Under the pieces are notes generated by a model, which was not told where the DNA came from, ran no database searches, and worked only from the letters and a program-made list of their open reading frames with translations. Below are positions 26,973-36,018 of a stretch of 64,000 bases of DNA, in pieces. The position numbers and the translations under genes are program-made. This stretch comes from a virus. Lineage: Duplodnaviria > Caudoviricetes. Each line of letters starts with the position of its first letter. Position 1 is the stretch's first letter. The stretch is from positions 9,246 to 73,245 of the IMG/VR virus record IMGVR_UViG_2751186034_000001; one strand, 5' to 3'.

Positions 26973-28058
26973 TTAAATTCCGGCGCGCTCGAATGCCAGC
27001 GGTTCAAGCCCTTTCATTTGCGCCAGGGTCAGCGGCGCGAAGTTGCGATCAAGCTGCAGCTCCGAGAAGCGCTCCACGGTCAAGCCACCCTCCCGGAACA
27101 GCTTGGCACGCACCGGACCAATCGCCACATCCTGAAACGCCGCAGGCTGCTGCTGAAGCCAGTGGTAATAGTCGAGGTCGGCACTGACCTGCTGTCCGCC
27201 ATTGGCACCCACCGAAGCCCGGGTAGCACCTTTGGCAAACATCGCGCTGAGCTTGGTCAGGAGAATGAAGGTAGTGCGGCAGTTCGGGTGGAATGGCGGC
27301 CTTGGGCCGGAATCCACCGGAAACTTGCGCTTGTCCATAGAGCGGCAAAGCTGACTGGTTTTGCTGTCCAGCGTGGCCACCATCTGGATTTCTTCCACGA
27401 TGTCAGTGTTGGCCTTGGCCACCTCCATACGCGCCTGAGACGACACATGCTGAATCGCGGTATGTACGACCGTGGCGGCATTGCGGTTGGTGGTCGCCAG
27501 GATGCCGTCTTTGTACCCGGCAGCCTTGGTACCGCGAATGTTGCGGATGATCTGGAAGTTCGTCTGCCCTTCGAAGTAGCCCTGCCGAATAGTGCCGGTG
27601 ACACGCTCTCGCTCGGCGCCGGTCCAACCCTTGATGAAGGCCTTCAGCAACTTCCCACCGCCGGTACCGCGCACGCTGAGCGGATTCTTCAGCACTGCAG
27701 TGCGGATTGCTGCGGCTGTCGGCGCAACCACGTCGAGCGATACGCCGACCGGTGCTGACCTGGCAAGACTGGTCGCCTCGAACTCGGCCTCATAGTTGGC
27801 GATATCCACCAAGTCGAGGTTCAGTTGCGCGCTGTAGCGGTCGAAGATGCCCAGCAACAGGCTGTCGACCTCCTTCAGCAGCGCTTCCAGGCGCTTGACG
27901 TTGTACTCGGTCAGGTCCGACTGGGTCAGCCGGTCGCGGATCGAGCGATCGATCTCCTTGAGGAAGGGGGCGAACTTGCCCACCTCCCCCGCCTTCAGCT
28001 TTTCGAGGAAAACGGCGTGCCGGATGGTGGCGTCATGGATTGCTTGGTTTGCCGCCAT
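26973..28058 (-). CDS. Minor head protein (SPP1 gp7/F-like)
   Basis: ATLDSKTSQLC...PPFHPNCRT. Confidence 0.9.
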   Translation of the reverse strand: MAANQAIHDATIRHAVFLEKLKAGEVGKFAPFLKEIDRSIRDRLTQSDLTEYNVKRLEALLKEVDSLLLGIFDRYSAQLNLDLVDIANYEAEFEATSLARSAPVGVSLDVVAPTAAAIRTAVLKNPLSVRGTGGGKLLKAFIKGWTGAERERVTGTIRQGYFEGQTNFQIIRNIRGTKAAGYKDGILATTNRNAATVVHTAIQHVSSQARMEVAKANTDIVEEIQMVATLDSKTSQLCRSMDKRKFPVDSGPRPPFHPNCRTTFILLTKLSAMFAKGATRASVGANGGQQVSADLDYYHWLQQQPAAFQDVAIGPVRAKLFREGGLTVERFSELQLDRNFAPLTLAQMKGLEPLAFERAGI

Positions 28059-29451
28059 TTGGTGCGTCCTCGTTGTCCAGGCCCAGGCCGTCGCCCTGCT
28101 CCTGCAATTCGCCGTCGATCTGCAGGTCAGTGCGCTCTGGCGCGATCAGGCCCAACTTACGCAGGTAGGCCCGAAGGTCAGCCTTCGCGAATCCGCCGTT
28201 CTGCCACAAGCCGACCAAGGCGGTGATCATCTGCGGATCAGCCGTCAGCTCGACGAACTCCTGATTCACCTGGTAGGCAACCTTCTTGTCAGCGATGCCC
28301 ATGTAGGCACAGCACCACATGATTGCTCGGGTGTAAGCCTCGCTTACGTTTGCCACGCAGCCGGCCAGCACCGAAGTGGAGGCCGACTGATCACCACGAG
28401 ACTCCGTAGCGGTCTTGGTGGCAATTGACGCCACCACCATCCGCGCGCCCAGCTCGATCATCATCTGGTTCTTGTCGGCCATGGCCTCTTTGACCAGTGT
28501 GTTGGGCAATGGCTGCGCGTAGCCGAACTGGCCACCGGCCGGCAGCATCATTGGCGCCCTGGAGCCGACATAGACGCCGTTCTTCTCCATCCAGTCGCGC
28601 CACTGCTCATCCAAGCCGCTGATCCACGGCTGAGCCTGCCCACACCAGAAAACGCTGTCTTCATAGTCGGCGCTGTTCCGGTAATGACCTAGGTTGATCA
28701 TGGCAATGTCGTACAGCGGTGATTCGTCGATGCTGGGGTCATTGTTCTGCGCGCCGACAAAGGTGAACGGGATCTCTTTGAAACGCCCAGTGACACCTTC
28801 AGGCCTGAATTCTTCGGTGACCGCCAACGGCCCGCCACCTTTCGGCCCGGACCTGCGCCAGACCCGGCAGACAAAGCCGTCGTCCTCCAGCGCCAGTTCC
28901 CGGTACTGCTCGACCGTCTTGAAACCGAAGCCGTCGGGAATCTCAGGCGACTCACGCAACACCACCAGCGTCAGCACGCTGTGACCGTTAACCATGCCGG
29001 TGCGCCAGTTGATGATGTCTTCAGCGCAGTAGGACAGGATCACCGAGTGCCCGCCGATGCTGTCGTCCTGGTGATAGTCGACGTACAGCCCATGCCGACC
29101 GGCCTCAAGCACCTTTTCAAGCGTGCCCTGGGAGTGCTGGTAGACGCTGACGCCGGAACCGTTGGCATTGTCCTGCAGGTACTCAAGCTTCTTCGACACC
29201 GTGAGTGTCGGGTCTTTATGGAAGGCCAGGCCAAGCAATCCGTTACGGGTGTGCCCGGTGGCGTTCTTGAACACCGCTCGCTCGCGGTAAGCCCGGTTCC
29301 GGTCTTCGTTCTCCGGCGACTTGTCGTGCGCGTTGATGTACGGGAGCCGATCGACAACCCGGTGCTGCCCGGCGCAGACGTCGCGAACGGTCGCCCAGCG
29401 GTCCAGCGCTTCAATGTAATCCGCCCGCTTGAAGGAGACGTCGTTGCTCAT
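28033..29451 (-). CDS. Portal protein (DUF4055-like)
   Basis: 472 aa from MSNDVS, directly after terL; PLYDIAMINLGHYRNSADY motif. Confidence 0.85.
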   Translation of the reverse strand: MSNDVSFKRADYIEALDRWATVRDVCAGQHRVVDRLPYINAHDKSPENEDRNRAYRERAVFKNATGHTRNGLLGLAFHKDPTLTVSKKLEYLQDNANGSGVSVYQHSQGTLEKVLEAGRHGLYVDYHQDDSIGGHSVILSYCAEDIINWRTGMVNGHSVLTLVVLRESPEIPDGFGFKTVEQYRELALEDDGFVCRVWRRSGPKGGGPLAVTEEFRPEGVTGRFKEIPFTFVGAQNNDPSIDESPLYDIAMINLGHYRNSADYEDSVFWCGQAQPWISGLDEQWRDWMEKNGVYVGSRAPMMLPAGGQFGYAQPLPNTLVKEAMADKNQMMIELGARMVVASIATKTATESRGDQSASTSVLAGCVANVSEAYTRAIMWCCAYMGIADKKVAYQVNQEFVELTADPQMITALVGLWQNGGFAKADLRAYLRKLGLIAPERTDLQIDGELQEQGDGLGLDNEDAPNGGKPSNP

Positions 29452-30749
29452 CGGGCGTATCCCATTTTGATAGCGGTGACCGGTTTGATGATCGGGTACT
29501 CGCGGTGGATGAAGTAACCGCCAGCGTCGTTCGCGTGATCGATCCCGGCAGTTTTGTCTGGCTCCCCGTTCGCGCCCCACACCTGCTGCTCCAGGCCATC
29601 GGCGTAGGTTGGGCAGGTAAACGGATTGACCAGGTAGCGGCGCTCGCCCTGCGCATTGCAGAAGACGGCGTTCATTGCGTTGATTCGGTCCTTCACCGGC
29701 GGGTTTGCCGCTGGAGCGATGACCGCGAACCCGGCCTGCTTGAGCATGGCAAGGTCGGTGATGCTGGCGTTCACAGACTTGCGTGAATCGCCCGAGGCAT
29801 CCGGGTAGATCCTGATCTCGCAGGTCTTCTTGAAGTCATTCCCATCGTGCTGCCAGTAGCGTTCCTTGATGCGACGGATCATGTCGGGCGTGTCGTAGCC
29901 GTCGATCAGCTCATCCACGGCCCTGGGCAAGCCTTGATCGCGCTTGACGTGGGTGATCGCCGCCATCTTGCCGACGTTGAAGTCCATGCCGATGAACAGG
30001 GGCTCACCAGGCTTTACGGTGTCGAAGCATTCGTTGAGCTTGCGATCGTAGGCCGTGTAGATCGTCCCGGACGTCAGGTTGACGAACTGGCCCTTGAGGT
30101 ACGCCATGATCAGCTGTGGTGGATACGACTCCATCAGGGATGCGATGTAGTCATCCGGCAGGTTCAGCTCGTTGTCGAAAGTGCTGGCTTGTACCAGGCC
30201 GTACATCTCTTTGAGCGAAGGCTTGTCCCGCAACTGCTTCACGAACTGCAGGAAGACGAACTTGAAGCCTTCCGGTGTCGTGGTTACGTCCACCCCGTTC
30301 TTCAGCCCGGGCAGGTTGTAGCGCATCCGGGCAATGATCTTGCGCCAAGCTTGCTGCGCCTTGACAGCGGTCAGCACGTCCAGCTCATCCACTAGAGCAT
30401 GGCCAATCTTGAAGCCGACGATGGTCTGCGGCTTCTCCATCGATCGGCAGATCACAGTGCCGCGGGACTGGCGGCCACTGTAGATATGAACCTCGTGGTT
30501 CGCCTGGTTGATCTTCGTCTTCAACCCCCAGTCGTAGGCCACCTCATCCATGGTCGGATAGAAGATGTCCCGGATCTGCGGGTAAGTCGGTGCGAAGTAG
30601 CCCGCGTTGACGCCAGGCCACTCCATGAAATGCTTGCTCAGTGCCGAGCATCCCACCCAGGTCTTGCCTGAACCGAACCCGGCAACGAACGCGCGAAACT
30701 TGTGGGGCAGTGTGAGGAACTGAGCCTGCGGAACGTTAAGGCTCGGCAT
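29448..30749 (-). CDS. Terminase large subunit
   Basis: Walker A VAGFGSGKT, Walker B LVDE, nuclease GMDFN and DHANDA motifs. Confidence 0.95.
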   Translation of the reverse strand: MPSLNVPQAQFLTLPHKFRAFVAGFGSGKTWVGCSALSKHFMEWPGVNAGYFAPTYPQIRDIFYPTMDEVAYDWGLKTKINQANHEVHIYSGRQSRGTVICRSMEKPQTIVGFKIGHALVDELDVLTAVKAQQAWRKIIARMRYNLPGLKNGVDVTTTPEGFKFVFLQFVKQLRDKPSLKEMYGLVQASTFDNELNLPDDYIASLMESYPPQLIMAYLKGQFVNLTSGTIYTAYDRKLNECFDTVKPGEPLFIGMDFNVGKMAAITHVKRDQGLPRAVDELIDGYDTPDMIRRIKERYWQHDGNDFKKTCEIRIYPDASGDSRKSVNASITDLAMLKQAGFAVIAPAANPPVKDRINAMNAVFCNAQGERRYLVNPFTCPTYADGLEQQVWGANGEPDKTAGIDHANDAGGYFIHREYPIIKPVTAIKMGYAR

Positions 30750-31197
30750 TCGGCTTCCTCGCATCCACCACGTCGACCTGGATTCGGGTCGGGATCACCG
30801 GTTCGTCGCCAACCTCTTCCTTCCGGGCCCGGTTGACGTAGATGTCGCCGGTTTCCTTCGCGGCCTGTTCGAGAATTTGCATTGCCAAGCCGATGTTCTT
30901 CATCGTCTCGGCCTTCTCCACGAAACGATTCATGGCGCGGAGTCGATAAGCTCGGTTAGCTATGGGTATCTCTGCGGTTTGCTCACGGAAACGCTTGCGA
31001 GTGTCGTGGAACAGGGTTTGCCATTTGAGTGCCAGATGGGAGCCAGCACGCTTTGTGGGGTCGTGCTGCTCTACCTGCTGGCGGGTCACGTCCACGTCGA
31101 ATTCTTGCTTCACCGCTTGTGAGACCTGGCTCGGCGTGTCGAAACAGGCCAAAGCCTGAACGATGAAGCTCTTCACCTCATTTTTCAGGGCTGCCAT
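30736..31197 (-). CDS. Terminase small subunit (DUF2280-like)
   Basis: FIVQALACFDTPSQV...IPIANRAYRL, upstream of terL. Confidence 0.85.
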   Translation of the reverse strand: MAALKNEVKSFIVQALACFDTPSQVSQAVKQEFDVDVTRQQVEQHDPTKRAGSHLALKWQTLFHDTRKRFREQTAEIPIANRAYRLRAMNRFVEKAETMKNIGLAMQILEQAAKETGDIYVNRARKEEVGDEPVIPTRIQVDVVDARKPNAEP

Positions 31198-31228
31198 AAG
31201 TTAGATTCCGTCTCACGCCTGTCTTACA

Positions 31229-31837
31229 TCAGGCCAACTTGAGCAGACAGGTTCCGCAGGCCCTCGATATGTTCAATTTCCCCACCTCAGCAGGACTGTT
31301 TGCAGCGTCCACCAACGCTTGGACGTCAGGGCTCGCACCATAGCGGCGGACCACACCGACGAACTCTTCGACGTCGTGACCGCGCATCTCAAGCTTGGGC
31401 AATCCTTCCTGGGTGAACTTGGGAGCGCCGTACTGATCCTTCGCCTGGGCGATGTGGTACAGCTCGTGCTCTACCAGGGCACAGAACTCAGCCTCGGTGC
31501 ACTGGGCGCAGTAGTCAGCGGCAAGGGTGATCAGGAACTCTGGCTCTTCGCCGAACCAGTCACGCATCTGCTGCTCTTGTCGGGCCTTCTGCCAACCACC
31601 CGCCCGGATCATCAGTTGCTCGGCCTGGCCCAGCACCGTCCTACCCTTCTTCGCAAACGCAGACGACGCCCACAGCACGCCGACATTCGCGTCGATGAGG
31701 TGAGCGTGCTCTTCGTTGTGGATACCACCGGTGGTGGCGAGGATCTCGGCCTGTATCCACTCCCATACATCAGGGGCAGGTTGCAGGGTGAGCCATAGCG
31801 ACTCGAGCAGGTCGGCCGGTGGCATCGGTCTGCTCAT
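31229..31837 (-). CDS. Putative phage metallopeptidase
   Basis: LVEHELYH and GHDVEEF motifs. Confidence 0.75.
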   Translation of the reverse strand: MSRPMPPADLLESLWLTLQPAPDVWEWIQAEILATTGGIHNEEHAHLIDANVGVLWASSAFAKKGRTVLGQAEQLMIRAGGWQKARQEQQMRDWFGEEPEFLITLAADYCAQCTEAEFCALVEHELYHIAQAKDQYGAPKFTQEGLPKLEMRGHDVEEFVGVVRRYGASPDVQALVDAANSPAEVGKLNISRACGTCLLKLA

Positions 31838-31928
31838 AGCTACTCCCGCGCCACAAAACGGCGCATGTCGATTTCGTGGCGCGGTGGAATTATCCTATCC
31901 GCGAATGAATTACCCCACAGGGATCGGG

Positions 31929-32351
31929 ATGACCAGACTTACCAAGATTCGTATTGCCCTCACGCTTGGTGCGCTCGCCGGAATCGCTCCAGTGACATTG
32001 ATCTTCCTCTGGGGACTAATCTATTTGGTCATAGCCATCGTCTATATGGATAAGCTTGCCTTGCCAGTGACGATAATCGCCATCTCTGTACCGAGCCTAT
32101 GGGGGTGCTGGAAAGCCTATGCAGCCGCAATGGCGAGCAAGCCCAGGCACCCACGTGACTGGCGAGTTATCGCGTCAGTCATTGTCGCCACTTTCTGGGC
32201 CTTCCCATGCAGCGCGGCAATGAGCTGGGATCTCACGATCCTATTCACATTTCTCATGCCGGGATTGACTGCAGCGATCATGCTCGCCGTGACCGAGTGC
32301 CGCGCTCGCAGGAATGGTCAGAACGGCGAGGTTACGGCGATACCCGATTGA
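31929..32351 (+). CDS. Antisense four-TM membrane protein (moron)
   Basis: 140 aa from MTRLTK with four hydrophobic helices, opposite to the late operon. Confidence 0.65.
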   Translation: MTRLTKIRIALTLGALAGIAPVTLIFLWGLIYLVIAIVYMDKLALPVTIIAISVPSLWGCWKAYAAAMASKPRHPRDWRVIASVIVATFWAFPCSAAMSWDLTILFTFLMPGLTAAIMLAVTECRARRNGQNGEVTAIPD

Positions 32352-32649
32352 GGGCCTCATCAGCCTTGTCGGCTGCCTTTGTAGCGGTGGTCGCCGCCTT
32401 GGTGGCCTTCTCGGCTGCCGAGCTGGTCTTTCGGGTCAGCTCATCCAGGCGATGGTCACGCTGCAGCGTGGCCTCGTCGTAGGCGGCGCGGATCTCGGCG
32501 ACCTGTTGGCGGTAGGAATCAGCCAGCGCCCACTGACCGAGCTGGAAGCCGAAGAAGACCCCACCGGTGACCAGCAGCATCGCGATAAACCACACCTCCA
32601 CCCGACGCCACCAATGGCGGGCCATGAACTGGATTGCGCACTTGTCCAT
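32332..32649 (-). CDS. Lysis-position single-TM coiled-coil protein
   Basis: One TM (VWFIAMLLVTGGVFFGF) plus a helical tail; second late gene. Confidence 0.5.
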   Translation of the reverse strand: MDKCAIQFMARHWWRRVEVWFIAMLLVTGGVFFGFQLGQWALADSYRQQVAEIRAAYDEATLQRDHRLDELTRKTSSAAEKATKAATTATKAADKADEALNRVSP

Positions 32650-33020
32650 CAGGTAGTACCTCCCAGCTTGATGCGCAGGCGGGCGATCTCGTCGCTTTGC
32701 AGCGTCACCCGCTCTGTGAGGTTGGCGACCTGACTGGTCAGGGCTTCGATCTTCCCTTCCATGCGGCCGACGGTTGCGGCCAAGTCATTGCGCTCCTTGG
32801 CGAACTGATCGGCGCGGGCCTCGGCAAGCTTGCGGGCCTCACGTTCGGAGTCGAGCAGTTCATTCAGGCGGCGCACGGTGCCGATGTCGGCGTTATCCAT
32901 TGCGCGGTCAGCTGCATCCTTAGAGAGGAACTTGCGCAGCCAGAGGAATCCTCCCAGCAATACGGTGCCCGTTCCGCTCAGCCAGGTAGCTGTGCCTGGG
33001 CCAAGGTCGGTTGGGTCCAT
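32649..33020 (-). CDS. Holin-position TM plus coiled-coil protein
   Basis: First gene after the late terminator; N-terminal TM and long heptad region. Holin function is inferred from position only. Confidence 0.45.
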   Translation of the reverse strand: MDPTDLGPGTATWLSGTGTVLLGGFLWLRKFLSKDAADRAMDNADIGTVRRLNELLDSEREARKLAEARADQFAKERNDLAATVGRMEGKIEALTSQVANLTERVTLQSDEIARLRIKLGGTT

Positions 33021-33065
33021 ATTTGCTCCGCCCCGTCCGGGACTCTTGAGGCCCTCTTGCGGGCA

Positions 33066-33095
33066 ATAAAAAACCCGGCTTTTTGGGCCGGGCTT
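33066..33095 (-). terminator. tR'-like terminator
   Basis: Minus strand AAGCCCGGC-CCAAAAA-GCCGGGTTTTTT. Confidence 0.8.
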
Positions 33096-33138
33096 CTTGT
33101 GGTCACTCCTAAACGCGCAGGAATGACAGGATGGGTGG

Positions 33139-33168
33139 ATATTGGCTCATTGGCTCACTCGTCGTCAA
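33139..33168 (-). promoter_or_regulatory. pR'-like late promoter with tandem GAGCCAAT repeat
   Basis: TTGACG overlapping the Q stop, two 8-bp direct repeats (33141-33156), CAATAT as candidate -10. Confidence 0.6.
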
Positions 33169-33710
33169 GCGACATTTGCCACCAATAGGCCTTCATGGTC
33201 GAGAATGTGCTGAGCCTCGGTCAAAGCCTCGTTAACGGCGCCCTCCAGCACCTTGCGGATGTCACGCCGCCAGCGCTCTTGGGTCTTGATTGGGTGCGGC
33301 TCGTTTGACCAGTTGTCCATCTCGTACCAGCCGGCCGGCAAGACGTTCGTCGACCGCTTCCCATCCACGCCAGGCAGCTTTGGCAACGCCCATGTGACGA
33401 CGGCACAGTGAAGGAAACGCTCGGGCGCTGGGGATCGCATGACCTTGGTCAGCTCCGCGATTGCCGCGTGTTTGCGCTCGGTGTGGGTCGAGAACTTCGC
33501 CACCAGCGCCCGCCAGTGCGCCGCCGACAGCGACTTATGCAGCCGGCCGAACACCCAGCAGTCGGTCAGGAAGGCAGCCTCCTTCCCGACGATCTCCCCC
33601 TTCTGCTTCGCGCACTGAACCTTTGGCTCGAAATCGCAGCCGCCGGCAGAGTTGATGGTTTCCGCGGCCAAGGCCCGGACTACTGCTGAAACAACGTTGC
33701 GATAGGTCAT
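33165..33710 (-). CDS. Putative late-gene antiterminator (Q position)
   Basis: 181 aa from MTYRNV, between NinG and the late promoter/terminator. Confidence 0.6.
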   Translation of the reverse strand: MTYRNVVSAVVRALAAETINSAGGCDFEPKVQCAKQKGEIVGKEAAFLTDCWVFGRLHKSLSAAHWRALVAKFSTHTERKHAAIAELTKVMRSPAPERFLHCAVVTWALPKLPGVDGKRSTNVLPAGWYEMDNWSNEPHPIKTQERWRRDIRKVLEGAVNEALTEAQHILDHEGLLVANVA

Positions 33711-34342
33711 GCTGCCTCCCCCTTCTTCAGCTCTTTGGTCATTGCCCGGTACTTGGCCTTGATGGCCTTGATCTCTTCGACGGTGTACTTGCAGGCCGGG
33801 TGCAGCCCTTCCAGCCATGCCACCTTCTCGGCGCCGATGCGCTGGACTAGGCGGATGCGGTACTCCACGGCGTTGCCGGAAAGGTTGCGGTTGCACTTCA
33901 CACACTGGCGATGGATGTTCAGCGGCTCGAAGCGAAGCTCAGGACACGCGCCGACGGAGCGGTAATGCCCGGCGTCCCAGCGGCTGCCGGTCATGAGGTC
34001 GTTGTCGTTCGGCGTGGAGTCGCAGCTGATGCACGGCAGGTGCGCGTCACGGAGGCGCACGTACTCGTTCACCGCGACCTGGGCTTCGCGCAGGTGATCC
34101 GCCCTGCTCTTCAGCTTTTCCTTGCGGACCTTGATCTCCCGGCGCCCTACTTCTGCCAAGGCTTTCCCGGCAATGGCTCGCCCCTTCTCGGACTTGCCGT
34201 GTGCGATGGCGCACTCGATCTCGCCGCACACCGCCTGCGCGCTTCTGGATGGCGTGAACATCACCCGGCACTCGGGGCAGCGCTTGCGGCGTGGCGCCCC
34301 AGATTTGATCGGGGTCTTGCGCTGCAGTGGGGTGCGCTTCAT
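33707..34342 (-). CDS. ninG: NinG/Rap recombination endonuclease
   Basis: YVRLRD..LPCISC, WDAGHYRS..ACPELRF..LNIHRQCVKCN. Confidence 0.9.
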   Translation of the reverse strand: MKRTPLQRKTPIKSGAPRRKRCPECRVMFTPSRSAQAVCGEIECAIAHGKSEKGRAIAGKALAEVGRREIKVRKEKLKSRADHLREAQVAVNEYVRLRDAHLPCISCDSTPNDNDLMTGSRWDAGHYRSVGACPELRFEPLNIHRQCVKCNRNLSGNAVEYRIRLVQRIGAEKVAWLEGLHPACKYTVEEIKAIKAKYRAMTKELKKGEAA

Positions 34343-34650
34343 GCGGCCTCCTTTGGCGGGAAAACCGTCCAGTCGCCAATGTCCGACCAAACTCCGTGCT
34401 TGTGAGTCAGCTTGTCGGGCGAATAGCTGAAGCCGCCGATGAATGTCCAGAAGAACAACGGAATCCATGACAAGCCTGCGCGACCTTTAAGGCCATGCGT
34501 GCGGATGATTGCTTTCGTCCATCGGCAAACACTGGATGCCCGACCAATTGCGATAGCGACCCGAGGAATCGCTTTGCCGATTGCCCATGCGAGCCTGATC
34601 AGCACAGCCCAGCCGATCGCATAAACGATCACATCGAACCAAGTAATCAC
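34339..34650 (-). CDS. Nin-region membrane protein
   Basis: 103 aa hydrophobic ORF with coupled overlaps at both ends. Confidence 0.55.
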   Translation of the reverse strand: MITWFDVIVYAIGWAVLIRLAWAIGKAIPRVAIAIGRASSVCRWTKAIIRTHGLKGRAGLSWIPLFFWTFIGGFSYSPDKLTHKHGVWSDIGDWTVFPPKEAA

Positions 34651-34919
34651 AGGGCCACCTCCTGCGACTTCTGCTGCTCATGGGTAAAGTCGCCCCTCAA
34701 CGGCATCAGGTCTGCCGCCCTGAAGAATCCGTAGCCGTCCTCATCATCACGTCCAACGACCCAGCCCGCGTGCGGAGCGAACCACAAACAGCCATCCGGC
34801 TCGATAGCACCCTCCCCGGCAGGAATGAACACAACCAGCGACACAGTAGCCATAGCCGGAATCTGGTATTTCGAAACCAGCGTCAGTGCCAGGTCGCCCG
34901 GCTTGAAGTTATGGCTCAT
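34647..34919 (-). CDS. Nin-region hypothetical protein
   Basis: 90 aa, FKPGDLAL...DLMPLRGD pattern. Confidence 0.6.
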   Translation of the reverse strand: MSHNFKPGDLALTLVSKYQIPAMATVSLVVFIPAGEGAIEPDGCLWFAPHAGWVVGRDDEDGYGFFRAADLMPLRGDFTHEQQKSQEVAL

Positions 34920-35503
34920 GCGTAGCTCCCGATCTGGTCAGCAGCACTCAAGGCCGCCTCTTCCGATTCAAAGTGGGCAGACAGGACCAAGCGCCAGCAG
35001 GCGTTGAACACGTCGCGGTAAAGGGGCTCAAAGGCTGTGTCATCCATCGAGGCCCAACTGATCGACTTGGCTTCCTTGCGCACGCCGTCGGGAGTGCGCA
35101 CAAGATGAAAATGACCGGCCTCGATCGTCACCCACTCACGGAATGCCTCGCGGGACTTGTCCACGGCAGGAAAGCGCTCAGCCCTGGCCGACTCTAGGCC
35201 GGCGATGTATGCATTAACCGCATGCGACAACTGCCCAGGCTTTCCGCTCTGCGCCTCGAAGAACTTGGCCAGACCCTGTATGCCTCGCAACTCCTGACGA
35301 GGCACCAGGCCGCCGACCGGCTCCCAGTACTCCCACGCCAGATCCAGCATCGAGAAGAATTTGCCGTGGAACTTGGCGTTGCGCATGCGGGTGAATTTGC
35401 CGTGCACGACCTGGCCCAGCTTCCACTTCTGGGTTAGCTCGCGGTCGGCCTCGGTGGCGGGTACCAGGCCCTGGGCTGTGCGGATAAGGGCGAGTTCAGC
35501 CAT
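34916..35503 (-). CDS. DUF1367-family protein
   Basis: RNAKFHGKFF, FREWVTIEAG and KSISWASMD motifs. Confidence 0.8.
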   Translation of the reverse strand: MAELALIRTAQGLVPATEADRELTQKWKLGQVVHGKFTRMRNAKFHGKFFSMLDLAWEYWEPVGGLVPRQELRGIQGLAKFFEAQSGKPGQLSHAVNAYIAGLESARAERFPAVDKSREAFREWVTIEAGHFHLVRTPDGVRKEAKSISWASMDDTAFEPLYRDVFNACWRLVLSAHFESEEAALSAADQIGSYA

Positions 35504-35615
35504 GAGAGAGCCTCCCAAGCACAAACGCAGCTACTGCAATGATCACCAGAGAGACAACCCCGTAAACCAGCGCACGCCTGGCCGCTTTAGCGATTTCGTT
35601 GCCGATTCCATTCAT
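35496..35615 (-). CDS. 39-aa single-TM peptide
   Basis: Manual translation MNGIGNEIAKAARRALVYGVVSLVIIAVAAFVLGRLSHG; overlaps both neighbours. Confidence 0.55.
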   Translation of the reverse strand: MNGIGNEIAKAARRALVYGVVSLVIIAVAAFVLGRLSHG

Positions 35616-35803
35616 GTCCGTTGCTCCGCCGCTTCTGCGATCAATGCCATGCGCCCAAAGCGCTCAGCGGCCTGACTGGCGAGATTGACCATGTCCGCCT
35701 CATCCACCACCGGCATGCACACGAAACGGATGCCGTGCTTGACCATGGTGTTCGCCATCTCAAGGGATTGGCGTAGCTGTGCTGGGTTTGCTCGCTTCAT
35801 CAC
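35612..35803 (-). CDS. Hypothetical phage protein
   Basis: 63 aa with ATGA-type coupling. Confidence 0.6.
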   Translation of the reverse strand: MMKRANPAQLRQSLEMANTMVKHGIRFVCMPVVDEADMVNLASQAAERFGRMALIAEAAEQRT

Positions 35804-36018
35804 TTGCGCTCCCGTGCAGCCAGCATCTCGTCGGCGAAGCGATAGGCGGCGACCGAATACTCCGGCATCGATGTCCAGTTGTGGCGCTTCCCGTCGCTGT
35901 CGGTGTAACCCCAGCCGCCGGCGATGATCATCGCGTTCATTGCCTGCATAGCGATCTCATCGCGCAGACGAACAAGGTCCTCGGAGGCAGGGGTGAGTTT
36001 CTTTACCGGGCTCGTCAT
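35800..36018 (-). CDS. Hypothetical phage protein
   Basis: 72 aa, LRDEIAMQAM...AYRFADEMLAAR motif. Confidence 0.65.
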   Translation of the reverse strand: MTSPVKKLTPASEDLVRLRDEIAMQAMNAMIIAGGWGYTDSDGKRHNWTSMPEYSVAAYRFADEMLAARERK

